Source: Octopus sinensis (Eukaryota). From it: DNA of 64,000 nt. Position numbers and translations under genes: made by a program. The notes below the pieces were generated by a model that had not been told where the DNA came from, did no database searches, and saw only the letters and a program-made list of their open reading frames with translations. Position 1 is the stretch's first letter, and the number at the start of each line of letters is the position of its first letter. Of the stretch, positions 49,434 to 62,570 are shown piece after piece. The stretch covers positions 107,880,001-107,944,000 of the forward strand of contig NC_042998.1 in NCBI RefSeq assembly GCF_006345805.1, read 5' to 3'.

Positions 49434-50778
49434 TACCATAAAAACCCTTCGCAAAAACAAAAATAAACTTTAGTGCGTAAATTACATGAGTAGATCATTT
49501 CCAGAATTTTTAAAGAAATATTTTTGGTTGAAAAATGACGTACAAATGTAAACATTCGCACTGGAAGTTGATTCATTTAATGTCAGAATAGGTTTTTACA
49601 GAAAAAATATAATGAAGTTGACTTTTATTTATGCTAGACGGTATAATGCTTACTTTTTCTGTAAAGATTTACTAAAAGCATTAAATGACTAATTATATTT
49701 TGAAGTTTGACGTTCATGCTGGTAGTCACAGTGTGGGCCATATTTTACTGCATCTCACACTGACAACACCATAATTCATCTTTGCGCATATAAACTCACC
49801 AAGTGAATATGACTTAGTGTTCCTTCAGAAACCTTCATTTACTTTATATGATGTTTAATGTCATTACACATCGATGTTGAATTATGCAGCAATCTTATGT
49901 TCTCTTCATAGAACAATTGTAATGTATGCATTACCAGTTCTTTTGGTATAGTAGAATTTTGCTATTCTTGCTTACGTCTGTTCACAGACGTGTATATTCT
50001 AACAACTTGCTTCTTAAATTTTGGTCCTCTCTTGTTCAATAAACATTGAGTTAAACTTGCAAAAGCTGTTTATTTTTTCCTTTTGATTTTTAATGTTTAT
50101 TTTAGTAGGTTACCAAACTATCAGCTAAAACGATAATGACAAGTTTTTAAGCTTGTTTGATATTTTATAAGTGTGAAAGGGATCAAAATTTCGATACTCT
50201 GTATCAAAGGTTCTGACAAGAATAGGCGGAAAATCAAAGCTTGAGACAAGAAGACACTTTCAACCAATCAGAATTCTGTTTACATAATCAGTTTGATCGG
50301 TCACCTTCCTCTGTTGATTGAGTAAAGTGTCATTCAAGCTGATGTTTATTGGTAATTAAACTTAATTTGCAACACCTGTATGTATATCTCAGCTTTCTTT
50401 TCTTTTCATGTGATCATGATTTGAGAAGACATACAGAAGTATGCTAAAGATCGGACATAATCTCTTGTGGGCAAGAAATGTAAAATAAAGTTTATTATAG
50501 ACAACACAAATATTTTGTAATTTAATAGCTTTCAGTGTGATACCTGTTAAACAGAAATTATTTTTATTTAATGAAAATTTAATAAAATCTAATCATAAGT
50601 AAGTGAAATTATGCTAAATACAACTAAATTGAAAACCTTTTCCCCCTGGCCATGTTGGCAATTCTGAAACGTTTGGGAGCAAATTTTACATGAGTAGAAG
50701 CTTTTTTTAACAATTTTTATCCTGAAAATCACCTGCGTAAATTACACAGGTGTGCACATTACATGGGTTTTTACAGTA
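49434..50778 (-). mobile_element. Decayed pogo/Tc2-like DNA transposon (about 1.35 kb)
   Basis: Termini taccataaaaaccc / gggtttttacagta. Subterminal gcgtaaattaca motifs at both ends. Minus-strand KRGPKFKKQVVRIY resembles a Brinker-type HTH start. CCAAT (50263) and GGCGGAAA motifs lie upstream. Confidence 0.6.
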
Positions 50779-50789
50779 AACTATATATG

Positions 50790-51930
50790 TCATCATCATT
50801 TAATGTCTGTTTTCCATACTGGTATGAGTAGGATGGTTTGACAAGAGCTGGTAGGGCTGGGAGCTGCACCAGGATCCTTTCTCTCTTCTGGCATGGTTTT
50901 TATGGATGGATGCCCTACCTAATGCCAACTACTTTACAAAAGTGCACCGGGTGCTTTTTACTTGGCACCAGTACCAATACTTTTACATGGTATGGGTATA
51001 GGTGTTCTTTCACATTATGGGTGTTTTTATGTGGCACCAGCATGGATGCTTTTTATATGGTGCTGGCATAAGTGCTTTTAATGTGGTACAGGAATGGGTG
51101 CTTTTTACGTGGTGCCAGCACAGATGCTCTTAACTTGGAGTTGGCATCAGTACCTGTGGAGTGACAGGGATATCTCAGCTGAGGGAGGGAGAGCAACTGA
51201 GACAAGTGGCCATGTGCCAGGTAAGAGGTTGGAGTATGACAGAGGGTCGAGGATAGCTGTCTTACTACAGAGGAGATACTTAGTTACCCCAGCAGGACAA
51301 AGAAGCAGAGGGAGATGGTACAGAGTTAGAGGAAAAGACAGTGACAATCAGAGTGAGGAAGAGAGGGCCTACCCACAGGGAACAGTGGGGGGAGTATAAG
51401 TAGTACAGAGGGGATATCATCATCATCATCATCATCTAACGTCCATTGTACATGCTACCATGGGTTGGACGGTTTGACCAGGGCTGGTAAGCTGAGGAGC
51501 TGCACCAGACTCCAGTCTAGTTTGGCATTGTTTCTATGGCTGGATGCCCTTCCTAATTCAACCACTCCAAGAATGTAATGGGTGCTTTTACATGCCACCA
51601 GCACAAGTGCCAGTTGCATGACACTGGTATCTGCCATGATTATCATTTCACTTGGTTTGATGGGTGTTCTACTCAAGCACAGCATATTGCTAAAGGTCTC
51701 AGTCATTTGTCATTGCCTCTGTGAGGCCCAACTCTAGAAAGGTGCTTTTTATGTGCCAGTTACGTGACACTGGCATAGGCCACAACTACGATTTTACTTG
51801 TCTTCCCAGGTCTTCTGAAATATGGCATATTGTCAAAAGTCTCGGTCACAAGTCAGTGCCTCTGTGGGGCTCAATGTTTGAAGATCATGCTTCACCACCT
51901 TGACCCATGTCTTCCTGAGTCTACCTTTTC
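50790..51930 (-). mobile_element. Cluster of RTE-type 3' fragments (50790-51130, 51140-51410, 51415-51930)
   Basis: Two (ATC)n-initiated reverse tails and reiterated gtcattgcctctgtgaggccc. Confidence 0.7.
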
Positions 51931-52030
51931 CACATGTTCCCTCTACAGATAGAGATTAGCACTTCTTTGTCAAAACAAAACATTGTCTACCATATCCCTT
52001 ATTTAATACACAGCATTCAATAATACATAC

Positions 52031-52085
52031 CTTATCAAATTGTTTGTGGACTGACTTCAAGTATTTCTGTAAAACCATTTTGTCT
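52031..52085 (-). CDS. CCDC171: Small exon, 55 nt, phase 2-0: (Q)DKMVLQKYLKSVHKQFDK
   Basis: Acceptor ttccttgttttag|A and donor AAG|gtatgt. Length and phase exactly bridge the neighbouring exons. Resembles recalled human DKECVANHMRAVENTLHK. Confidence 0.8.
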
Positions 52086-52363
52086 CTAAAACAAGGAAAT
52101 ATAAAAACACCCATATTAAACATGGAATCTACTAAAAATATATAAAAAGAGCTATATAATGAACTAGATGTGAAGTATGTATCACTTACATATTTATTAA
52201 ATTTAAACTCATGTATATGTATATATATATATTTGTGGTGAAACACACACACTCACACATATACTTATTTATTGAATTCATCTACCTCCATAAACTTGTG
52301 GAAATACATACTCATACATAGTAGACATACTTGTAAATACAACCTTGTGTCATTATACATGCA

Positions 52364-52464
52364 CTAAAGAGATGCAGTAGAGAAAGGAAATTACAGAGCT
52401 ATCAAATTGTTGAATCAGGTTATGGATAGCTCTGTAATTTCCTTTCTCTGGGTCATCTCTTTAG
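52364..52464. repeat. Fold-back inverted repeat derived from an RTE RT fragment
   Basis: Perfect 25-bp arms at 52379-52403 and 52425-52449, plus 11-bp outer arms at 52364-52374 and 52454-52464. Confidence 0.9.
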
Positions 52465-52499
52465 CAGTAGAGATGGGTGTTCCTAAAATGTGTCAGCCA

Positions 52500-52830
52500 G
52501 AATAAGAAGTGGCTGGAAAATTTTTTAGGGAGCTATTACTTCTGCTGGCACAAAGGATCATTGCTCTGAAAATCAAAAGTGTTTTTGTGTAAAGTGCTTT
52601 TGTGTTGTGTGACAATGAGATGTGGGCTTTGATTGAAGAGGACCTGTGAAGACTAGAAAGAAATGAAACAAGCATACATTGCTATATGGACTATATTAGT
52701 GCACTCAATAATGAAGTATAACTGAACTGAGAGATTTGTGTATGAGAGGAATCAACTGTAGGGTTCAAGAGAGGAGACTGCACTGGTAAGGGCATATGAT
52801 GGAAATGAAGGGTGCCAACTGCACAAACAA
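52500..52830 (+). mobile_element. Degenerate RTE RT C-terminal fragment
   Basis: Colinear with 2390-2720 (RELLLLLAQR...RLERNETS...VQERRLHW). Confidence 0.7.
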
Positions 52831-52834
52831 GTGC

Positions 52835-53444
52835 TCAAAGTAAAACAGGTGAAGCCACACATGACCTAGCACTCCGTCAATGACAATGATGAGGTTTCCA
52901 GTTGATCTGAACAATGGAACAGCCAGCTCATGAAATTGATATGAAAGTGGTTGAGCACTCTACAGACATGTGTACCCTTAACAACATAGTTCTAAGGGAG
53001 ATTCAGCATGACACAGGATGTGACAAGGCTGGTCCTTTGAAGTACAGGTACTACTCATTTTTTCCAGCTGAGTGGACTAGTGACTGGAACACTGAAATAA
53101 AGTGTCTTGCTCTTGAACAAGAGTCACTAGGTATCAAACTCACAACCTTATGATTATGAGTCAAATACCAAAACCTATTTCTTTACTACCCACAAGGGGC
53201 TAAACACAGAGAGGACAAACAAGGACAGACAAACGGATTAAGTCGATTATATTGACCCCAGTGAGTAACTGGTACTTATTTAATCAACCCCGAAAGGATG
53301 AAAGGCAAAGTCGACCTCGGTGGAATTTGAACTCAGAACGTAGTGGCCGACGAAATACCGCTAAGCATTTTGCCCGGCGTGCTAACGTTTCTGCCAGCTC
53401 GCCGCCTTCAAATACCCAAACCATTAAACCACATGCCTTCACAA
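52835..53444 (-). mobile_element. SINE family D with SINE family B nested in its tRNA head
   Basis: Head tggtttaatgg..gagtttgatacc is split by the insert. Body ccactcagctgg..gagtagtacctgtacttcaaagg. Confidence 0.7.
53174..53407 (-). mobile_element. SINE family B with ~13-bp TSD
   Basis: Flanks tcaaataccaaaa / tcaaatacccaaa. Close match to 28061-28293. Confidence 0.88.
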
Positions 53445-53589
53445 AGTCACACATAACTGAACGTTTAATCTGTACATATTGAATCTCTATTTCCGTTGAC
53501 AATATCTTGCCACTCTTCCATCTCTACTCTTCCAATTCTATGCTAGTGTTTGTGCAAATTTTCTTTTCAGATGATGACAAAAGTTCTCA

Positions 53590-54305
53590 AACGATTGCCT
53601 TTCCACTGTCACTACCATGTACACAATTTCAAGGCTGCTACCATCAATGTTAGCACAATGAAAGGAAGGAGTGGTGAGATTATTGAAATGCTGGAATAAT
53701 GCCATGTTGATGAGTATTGTGTGGAGGTGGAAGGGAGATTCCTCATGGATAAGAAACAGGTTTGAATTTTTTCTGGGTAGGCAAGAGTGATGTAGTGGGT
53801 GGTGTAGGCATGCTGTTAGCAGAAAAGTGGGTAGATAAGGTAATTGAGGTAGTCAGAGTATGTGATAGGGTAATTAAACTGAGACTTATCATAGATAAAT
53901 TAACAATTACAGACAGAAATTCAGAGATATCCTAATGGAAGCTTCTAATGAAAGAGAGGAAGAGTTGGGGACATATAGCTTAGAGGACAGTAGGAAGTTC
54001 CAGCAAGACAATCTACTGAGGCTACAGACAAAATCTGTGGTTGGTGCAGAGTCCCAGTTTGACCAGGGTGACATGGTGGTGGATCAAGAAGGTAGACAGT
54101 GCTATAAAAGCAAAGAGACAGACCTAGAAAGACTAGAGAAACAGTGGAATCAGAGAATTATATCAGGTAGCCAAAGGACAGCTAGGTATCAGGTTTACAT
54201 AGCAAAAAGAATAGCTGAAGTTAAGAGATTTACAAATGTTCTATAGCATAAGGATCAGAGGCATGATGTGTTCAGGATTGCACAGCAGTGTATCGGAGAA
54301 AATAG
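53590..54305 (+). mobile_element. RTE APE-endonuclease and linker remnant
   Basis: FKAATINVSTMKGRSGEIIEMLE..., KWVDKVIEVVRVCDRVIKLRL and QVYIAKRIAEVKRFTNVL. Confidence 0.8.
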
Positions 54306-54639
54306 AGTTACTGCATACCCCAACCCCACACTCTTTGCATTCACCTGAAGTCTGTACCCCCTACTCATGCACCTTGGCAATATCCTACCATTTATATTCT
54401 AACCCTGTATCTTGAGGGCATGCCATTCCACTTTGCCACCACTCATCTATCCCTTGCTCATCTCTACCATCCAATTTATATTCTCTGATCCCTGTTCCTT
54501 GTGAGCATGCTCTGGCACTTCACCACCATCTCTCGCCTGCTCTTTTCCACTCTCCCTCTTTCTCTTTTCACTCTCCCTTTTACTCTATTCCTCTGACTGG
54601 TTAACCATGGTTAATACCTGTTACTGGCCTTAATCTTAT

Positions 54640-55110
54640 TACTTATTCTCTCTCTCTCTGACTGGGTAACCATGTACCTCCTTTACAGCAAGACACCTGT
54701 TTCTGTCTCTCTGTCACACTCTAACCTTTCATCATCTAGCACAAGATCATCTCCTCCAATACCACATCCTCTCTCAAAGGATATTCATCCTGCAAGTTAC
54801 TTGGTGATCCTGCCAGTGCTGGTGCATGTAAAAATCATTCAGTTCACACTGTAAAGAGGTTGGCATTTGATAGGGCATCAAGCTGTAAAAAAACATGCCA
54901 AAACTGACCACAGCTGCGTTGGTGCCACATAAAAAGCACACAGTTTACTCTGCAGAGTGGTTGGTACAAGGACGAGCATCCTGCCATAGCAACCATGCCA
55001 AAGCAAACAGCGAAGCATGGTGCAATCTTCTGCCTAGCCACCTCCTGTCAAACTGTCCAACTTATGCCAGTATAGAATGCAGGCATTAAATAATAATGAG
55101 GATGATGATT
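54640..55110 (+). mobile_element. LINE 3' UTR subfamily plus tail
   Basis: Homologous to 35620-35950; ends aactgtccaacttatgccagtatag...ggcattaaat. Confidence 0.65.
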
Positions 55111-55717
55111 ATGTATGTACACATGTATTTGAGTATGTGAATTTGATTAAAACTAATTATTTGGTGAGTTTTGTCAAAGTGAAAATGATTGAATGTTGAT
55201 TTAGCAAAAGAATCATATAAAGTAGGTAAGGCCCTGTCTCTCATCCACATTGATGGAAAATACAAGAGAGTTGTGGGGTTTCCAAATTCTTCAAAGGGTA
55301 CCCAACTAAGATCACAGGTTTTCTTAATTCCCCTTTTATATATTTAAAAAATGAAAACCCATGCTTTTTACAGTCAGTGCATGCTCTTTTATGTCCATCA
55401 AATTGGTTGGTACACACAGACACCTTCTTCCATCACAGTGTTTTACAACAATATAGTACCATCTATTTATGTCATAAAAACTGCCTTAAACTACTACAAT
55501 AAATTTCTACTGTGACTACTCTTAGCATTATGAAGAGATGAGGTTCCTTAGATGGAGTGACACATCTAGGATGTTAATCACTTAGAAGGTAATTTATTAA
55601 TAGGTCATCACCACATCTGCCCATATTCAGTAGGTAAAGTTCTGTCTCTCATCTACACTGATGGAACAAACAAAAGGTTTGCAAGTTTCTTCAAAGGGTA
55701 CCCATCTGAGAGGGCAG

Positions 55718-55790
55718 TCAGGGCTGGATTTATGGGAGAGGAGGCGAGGGGGCAATTGCCCTGGGCATCTAGATATTGGTGGGGGGCCCC
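55718..55790. mobile_element. Possible hAT-type terminal fragment
   Basis: GC-rich cagggctggatttatggg...ggggcaattgccctgggc...ggggcccc, like hAT MITE ends I recall. Partner end not confirmed. Confidence 0.35.
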
Positions 55791-56518
55791 TACTAGGAAG
55801 GATATGTAGCACTCAATACAGGAAGCCCCCCGCACCTCCCAGCAATCAGGTTGTCTTTCAGTATACAAAGGTATCTTGACTAAAAAAATGTAATGGATAA
55901 ATGTATAAAGATAAAGATAAAGAGAAAGAGCTTGACAGAAAAATGTTATTGTCTCTAGGCCAAATTCCTTCTTTCAACTAATGACTGAGCTTGACCTTGG
56001 CTTGACTAATAGCAGTTAAAGGCGCACACACACAAACACACATTTCTAATTCTAAATTTATTTCAGTGAGGCTTTGAAAGCAAGCAAGTAAAAAAAAAAA
56101 AAACTTTTGAATTTAGTTTTAATTATAAAATTACATCTCTCAATAGCTAAAAGCATTCTGTTTTAGCTTTAGAATTATTACATATATATTCAAATGTTTC
56201 TTAAAATTGAACCTTTTTCTTTCTTATTTTTTCATATAATTTTCATTGTTATGTCAATTACTGAATGGAAGTGGGGCAAAATTGGTAACTGGGTCAAAAT
56301 TAATTTCTTTCATTTTGTACTATTGCACCATCTTTGGGAGTAAAATTTGGTCAGTATGGGCTACATGGTTGGTAGTAAAAACTGGTCAGTATAGTTTACA
56401 TAGTTGTTGTTGAAGTTGAAAGTTTGAAACATAGGTGACAGGTAATATTTTCAAGAAGTTTTTCCCCAAAGTTGACCTGATTGTAACTGAGGTAGCTGAT
56501 AAAATATCTGGATAAGCT

Positions 56519-56916
56519 ATACTCTTTTACTCTTTTACTCGTTTCAGTCATTTGACTGCGGCCATGCTGGAGCACCACCTTTAATCGAGCAAATCAACCC
56601 CGGGACTTATTCATTGTAAGCCCAGTACTTATTCTATCGTGACTTATTCTAAGTGACGGTGACGTAAACACACCAGCATCGGTTGTCAAGCAATGCTAGG
56701 GGGACAAACACAGACACACAAACACACACATACATATATATATACATATATACGACAGGCTTCTTTCAGTTTCCGTCTACCAAATCCACTCACAAGGCAT
56801 TGGTCGGCCCAGGGCTATAGCAGAAGACACTTGCCCAAGATGCCACGCAGTGGGACTGAACCCGGAACCATGTGGTTGGTTAGCAAGCTACTTACCACAC
56901 AGCCACTCCTGCGCCT
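56519..56916 (-). mobile_element. SINE family A, young
   Basis: Close match to 4702-5136 with a small internal deletion. Confidence 0.88.
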
Positions 56917-57499
56917 ATAGTAAAGAAGCTATAAAAAAATATTTTATGTTGAGTTTCGTTAATTTAATATTATGCACTATTTTTCCATAATCCTCTTTCA
57001 TTTGACCAAGATATTTTAAATTTTGTTGCATTTCTTATGTCTAAGGATAGATGTTTATGTGTATGTCACTTTTTTTTCAAATTTAGTTCTGGAAAACTGG
57101 AAGGGCATATTTACCTTGCCTTGTCTTATCCCTTTTGCTCTACCTGAATTTGTCTTTTATATGCTCAAAGAGAACAGTGATAATTTTCTGAAATAGTGTT
57201 CTGAATATGTTATAGGTTTTACTGCGTTTAGAGAAGGTCTTTACTTTACTGATATTTGAATATTTGTAAAGAATACATTTTCTTCAAAGCTAAAAATGCA
57301 ATAAATATTACTCATAGTGCCCCACATACTCTTACTGGAAATTGCAAAAGCAAACTTTTGGAAATAGTTGTTTGAATTTCTCTGTTTTTGTTAAGGTTTC
57401 CCCTGCTTTTTGTGGTTTTTTTTTATGCATTGCAAAATAATGAAGGGAAGCCATTTTAAAAGAAGAATTTTTAAAATCCATGTCTTTTAAATGTTGATA

Positions 57500-57547
57500 T
57501 CTCTATCCACCCTCTCTCTTACACACCCACCCACTCTCTCTCTCACA

Positions 57548-57606
<59 letters not shown>

Positions 57607-57625
57607 ACACACACACACACACTCA
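57500..57625. repeat. (CT)n/(CA)n microsatellite; another (CA)n lies at about 36875-36920
   Basis: Directly visible. Confidence 0.95.
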
Positions 57626-57725
57626 TCATGGCTTTGGAACAGCAACAACCACAAAAACTATATTTTCTTTTTTGTAATTTTCTGTCATTTTATCTTATTC
57701 TACATACTGAAACATGTAACTCACA

Positions 57726-57953
57726 TTAACCCTTTTGTTACTGTATTTATTTTGTGATGCTCTGTATTTCTTTCAATTACTTTAAATGTGACAAAGAATT
57801 TAGTAAAATAACTTAGTTATCATTCAGCTAGTGTTAGGAACATAAATTGTGACTAAGGTTTGGTGGAAGATTTTAATTCAAAACTTATGAAAACAAGACA
57901 TTTGTACTCAGAGCCAGAGCTGGTTTCAGCCAGGTTGGTAACGAAAGGGTTAA
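57726..57953. mobile_element. piggyBac-like MITE (220 bp between TTAA sites)
   Basis: TTAA-cccttttgttac ... gtaacgaaaggg-TTAA: 12-bp TIR with 1 mismatch plus TTAA TSD. Confidence 0.8.
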
Positions 57954-58659
57954 AAGAAAAAAAATTACCCCACTCTTCCCTCCTTCATTGTACTTTTCAT
58001 AATGAAGAGAAAGTCAAAAACCTCAAGTGGATGTGTAAAATACGAAACCTGAATTTTGAAAAAGTGTATCCATAAAGCAACATTTTCTGTCATTTATTTA
58101 CACTTTCTTTGCTAACTCATCAAATTCAATTATTTGAAATGGATGGGTTTTGAGATTTAAATTTGATAATTTTCTAAGATTTTAATTCTTATGTATAAGG
58201 GGCCCACTGAACTTGAAGTGCCATCGGACTTGAATCTAGTACAGAGAATGAAGTTGTTAATGATATGAAGGGCACCAAGCTATAAAAAAAAATATCAAAA
58301 AAGAAACATTGATATGACATGGCTCTACAAAACATTGCATATGCTATCTATCTAAGAGGATAGTAAATCTGAATAAGAACTGATACAGGGTAGAAGGGAC
58401 TGTTTAGTTCTCTGAATAAGAGAACCTTCTCTAGTGCTGGGGTAATGATAAAATACCACTGGCTGACATTCTAAGACATGCACAACAACAAAACAGTTAG
58501 CTGAGTATGCTAGATGATGTGGACTGTGATGAATGACAAGACCTATCAAACATGTGCCAGAATAGAAAAATGAACATAATATGACAATTATGATAAGATA
58601 TGTAAATGCGTAAGAGTTTGTGAAACCACAAGTACACGCACACACACACAGTGGAGCTT

Positions 58660-59125
58660 TATGCACTTGATTATGATAAAGTATCATCAGAAACCAACTT
58701 GGGCAATGAGATACAGGCTTCAAAGATCAAGTGCATAAGCACTTCTTGTCAATTTCATCCACAGAAATGCATTGAACAAGTGAGAAGCATGTTGCTACCT
58801 CATAACAAACAATACTGTTGTTCCCAAATGCATGAAATATCATGTGATCATGTGGCCAACCAGACTATCAGATGTTACATATTGCTGACCCCAATGTACT
58901 TTGCATTGAGTGCCTTTGAATGATGCCACTTGCTTAGCCTTTGAATGATGTCACCCTGCTTGGCCTTTGAATGATGCTACCCTGCTAGCAGGCCAATGTT
59001 CCCCGATGATTGAAAGGGGTGATGGGAGCAACATGAAATGAAGTGTTTTGTGCTGCTTGGGAATTGAACCCACAACCTAGCGAATGTGAGTGCAACAATC
59101 TTAACACAAGGCCATGCACCTTCAC
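58660..59125 (-). mobile_element. Diverged tRNA-headed SINE including a 3x 25-26-bp tandem repeat (58912-58987)
   Basis: Head at about 59050-59125 (gtgaaggtgcatggcc..ggttcaattcc); gcctttgaatgatg repeated three times. Confidence 0.55.
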
Positions 59126-59169
59126 ACATGAAACATATAAGCTAAAAATAAAGTACATGCAATGATATA

Positions 59170-59400
59170 TCAGTTGTTAGTTGTCGGAGCACTGCATCCT
59201 TCAAAACTTCCATGCTTCCTGTGATTCGCCAACACTACACTTGATTTTCTCCCCTCCATACATGCGCAAGCGTGTATCTGACTCATACACTGTTCGCTTT
59301 CCAGACATTTCTACATTACTGCATGTACTTTATATGCACTTTCTGACAAGTTGTGGTGCACCTGAGCACTGTATACAATAATTTCATTATTATTATTATT
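59170..59400 (+). mobile_element. LINE-type 3' end with (ATT)n tail (CR1/L2-like)
   Basis: gttgtggtgcacctgagcactgtatacaataatttc(att)n. Confidence 0.5.
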
Positions 59401-59514
59401 TTATATAAATATTTGTGGGCATGTGTCTATGTGTTCCCACAAGTATGTTTATATGTGTGAGTCTGTGTGTATTATGTGTTCATGCCTCTACAAGTGTGTG
59501 TATATACATATATA

Positions 59515-60200
59515 CCATCATCATTTAATGTCCACTGTTCCATGCTTGCATGGGTTGGATAGAATCTGTTGAGAATCTGACAGTCTCAACCAGATGCTTT
59601 TCCTGTCACCAACCTCACTTATTTCCAAGCAAAGTAATATTTCTCCATAGGTAGACAATTTTTCTCAGAAAACTGGAAATGAACAGTCTTGTTTGTATGA
59701 AAGTGATGCTCATTTATAACAATTGTGACATTTAGACAAAGGTACACACAAAGAAATACACATGCACATGTACACAATGGGCTTCTTTTAGTTTCTGTCT
59801 ACCAAATCTACTCATAGGGCTAGGGTGGCTTGGACTATAGTAGAAGGCACTTGCCCAACCTGCCACACAGTGGGACTGAACTCAAGACTACATGGTTGGA
59901 AAGCATGTATCTTAACCACACAACCACATCTCTGCCTGTAGCCATGCTTTGCCAATTATTATGAACTGTGTCTGGTCTACAAAGACATCATCATCATCAT
60001 TATTAACGTCCACATTCCATGCTAGTCTGGGTTGGATGATTTGACAGGATCTGATGGGTCCAAGGACTGCAACATCCTCTAATGTCTCCTTTAGTATGGT
60101 TTCTACAGCAGGACATCCTTTCTAAAGCCAACTGCTTTGTGTATTGGCTGCATTTTTTTGTGGCATCAGCACTAGTAAGGTCATCACGCAGCTTGCAAGA
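59515..60200 (-). mobile_element. Cluster of degenerate LINE tails and a SINE family A copy (59760-59940)
   Basis: catcatcatttaatgtcc starts at 59516 and about 59990; cagtgggactgaactc. Confidence 0.6.
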
Positions 60201-60281
60201 TTAACATCCTCTTTGAACACACACACATACACGCACATACACGCACACACACACACACAAGCACACACTCCAGTTACTTAC

Positions 60282-60427
60282 TGAGCAGCTGTTCTCAGAG
60301 TCCTTTCAGCATCAAGAAGGTTTTCTTGCAGCTCTGCTTTTTCACTATTATTTTGTTTTATTCTATTCTTCACTTCATATAATGATTGTTCTTTAGTCTT
60401 TAGAGTATCTTGGCACTTGGATAAAGT
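60282..60427 (-). CDS. CCDC171: Exon, 146 nt, phase 0-2: TLSKCQDTLKTKEQSL...EKAELQENLLDAERTLRTAA
   Basis: Acceptor tatttttag|ACT and donor CA|gtaagt. Not in the ORF track. Resembles recalled human KRRLEENIHDAESALRMAA. Confidence 0.82.
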
Positions 60428-61029
60428 CTAAAAATACAAGCCATAACAGACTATTTAGACATTAGAAAAGAATGAGAAAAGTGATTTATCAAAGATTTTA
60501 GCTTCATCACAAAACACTAAGATAACCCCTAGAATGTTTTTTGGGAGCACAGCATTTCCTCTTCTGAGAGTGACATGATACTTGGACAAACAATGTCTTT
60601 CATATTATTTTTTAATAACATCTATTTTGCCTTCCAGAGATTGATAAACCTATGACACGCACAAAAGATGTTCCTTTGCTTATGGATATATAGTAATTCC
60701 TGATGTTGATACTATCCTTGTAGATTATGTTAATGTTGTCTTTGTTGTGGTAAGTTACTTTTGTTATGGCTGCTACTACATCCAACATCACATTCATTCA
60801 GCCATCTTGCCTCAATCATGTTGGAATTAAGAACCATTGATGAAACGAATTTCTTTGGTATCTTCTGCTATCTCTATAACAGACAACCCACAACAGTAAG
60901 AAATGTGCATTCAATATAAGTCAATGCACTTTCACCATTATTTCTTCTCCATGGTAACATCAGAAGATTCATTAAATCTAATATTGCATCATGCTTGATC
61001 ATCATTAATTTAGGAAATGTATTTCTTTT

Positions 61030-61930
61030 GCAAAATTCTACCAATAATATAATGTTCTTATTTTTATGGTTCAAAAGACTAGTTAGTAGTGTATTTGGAC
61101 CTCTGAAAACTGTCAAAAGCTATCAACAGAGCAAAGTTTTTCATTCTGGGAAATGACTCCCACGTCAAAATTATAAAAAAGAATGATACATAGCAAGGGT
61201 TTTTATAATTGTCCCTGACTTGCTACTACAGAGTAGAACTGTTTCAATGCAAGTTTCAGAAAGAAGTATTTTAATTCTATTACTGATTGAATGATTCCAA
61301 AAAATATAAAGTTTATATGCTTTTCCCCTATTCTAATTGACATCTTTGTTTAAAAACATTTCTATCTTCTGCCATTTCATACAGAGGATAGCAAAAACCT
61401 GTGACAAAAGGAAACTGGACTTCTGAGATTGTGAAGTTTAGGTCATCAATCAACATGACTTTGATTTTTATTCCCACTCTTCAGATATAGTTTCAAAACT
61501 TGTCTATTGCCTTTAAGCAGCCAAAGGGCTATCACTTAAAATTACAGTAATTTCAGCATATCTAATACTGGAAGTTTTACAGCAAGCGATCTACTCAAAA
61601 GCTTTCTCTTGATAGTGTATCAATCTTCTTGCAGAGATATATCTATAACATAATCCATAACAATTATGCAAGTGTGTCACCTTGAAGTATTCCTGAAGAA
61701 GACACCACAAATTTGTTATACTGCTTGAAGGAAATACAAACATCACTGTTGGTACATAGTCATAACAGCATTAATGTATGAATTTGGCACTCCATAGAAA
61801 TTAACTTGTCTTAAATCAGTGACTTGTTTACACAGTCAGATGTTATAGAATTGCTCACAAAGGTTATCACAAGATTACATTTTTGATAATACTAGATTTC
61901 AGCCACACTAGCTGCTGATTATCTTGGTTA
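61030..61930 (-). mobile_element. Old RTE/RTE-X-like LINE RT remnant
   Basis: Pieces YGVPNSYINAVMTMYQQ, SGILQGDTLA and WNHSISNRIKILL..ETVLL. Confidence 0.7.
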
Positions 61931-61987
61931 TCTGTCCTACCTAATATGATTCTGACCAACAATGTATTAAAGCTTAACAATACATAC

Positions 61988-62179
61988 TTCAGTAACTTCT
62001 GATAATATATTTTCTTTCAGAAAAACTTTGTTATTCTGTTCCTCAAGCTGTGATGATATTTCTGTCAGCTGAGCAGATTGCTCTCTCAGCAGTTGATCAT
62101 TCCGCTGTTCTCGAAGCATAGAAGATTTTAGTTCAAATACAAGTTTCTCAAATGTCTCCACTGATATTTGCTTCTGTTG
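61988..62179 (-). CDS. CCDC171: Exon, 192 nt, phase 0-0: QQKQISVETFEKLVFELKSSMLREQRNDQLLREQSAQL...ENILSEVTE
   Basis: Acceptor tatatttag|CAA and donor GAA|gtatgt. Resembles recalled human [23 protein letters not shown]. Confidence 0.8.
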
Positions 62180-62570
62180 CTAAATATAAACAACAACAAG
62201 AAACAAAAATGAAATTCATCAAAATTAAGCTATATTGCAGTGATTTCTATATAACAATAATAAATAAATGCTGAAGGGGTTGCAAGATGCAATAGAAATT
62301 TTAGAGAAAATAAATAAGTAAATGAGTGGAAATCGAATTGGTGAGTGTGTTAAGTAATAAAGCACTAAAAGAGAACAACTCTCCCCAGACAATAAAATAA
62401 TAAATAACATTCATATAAATAACATTGCATATTAAAAAAAAAATTAATAGTTTATTCATATAAGGGACTTTTCTGAATGGAGAAATCAATGACAAATTAA
62501 CTACTCATGTTATTCAAAAACAAAAACCCATATTTCCATTTCTCATTTCCTTTTTAAGATATCTTAAGAC

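Noticed and set aside
60612-60880. Extra host exon between 61988 and 60427
   Set aside because: The phase-0 reading stops at once, and the flanking exons already join in frame.
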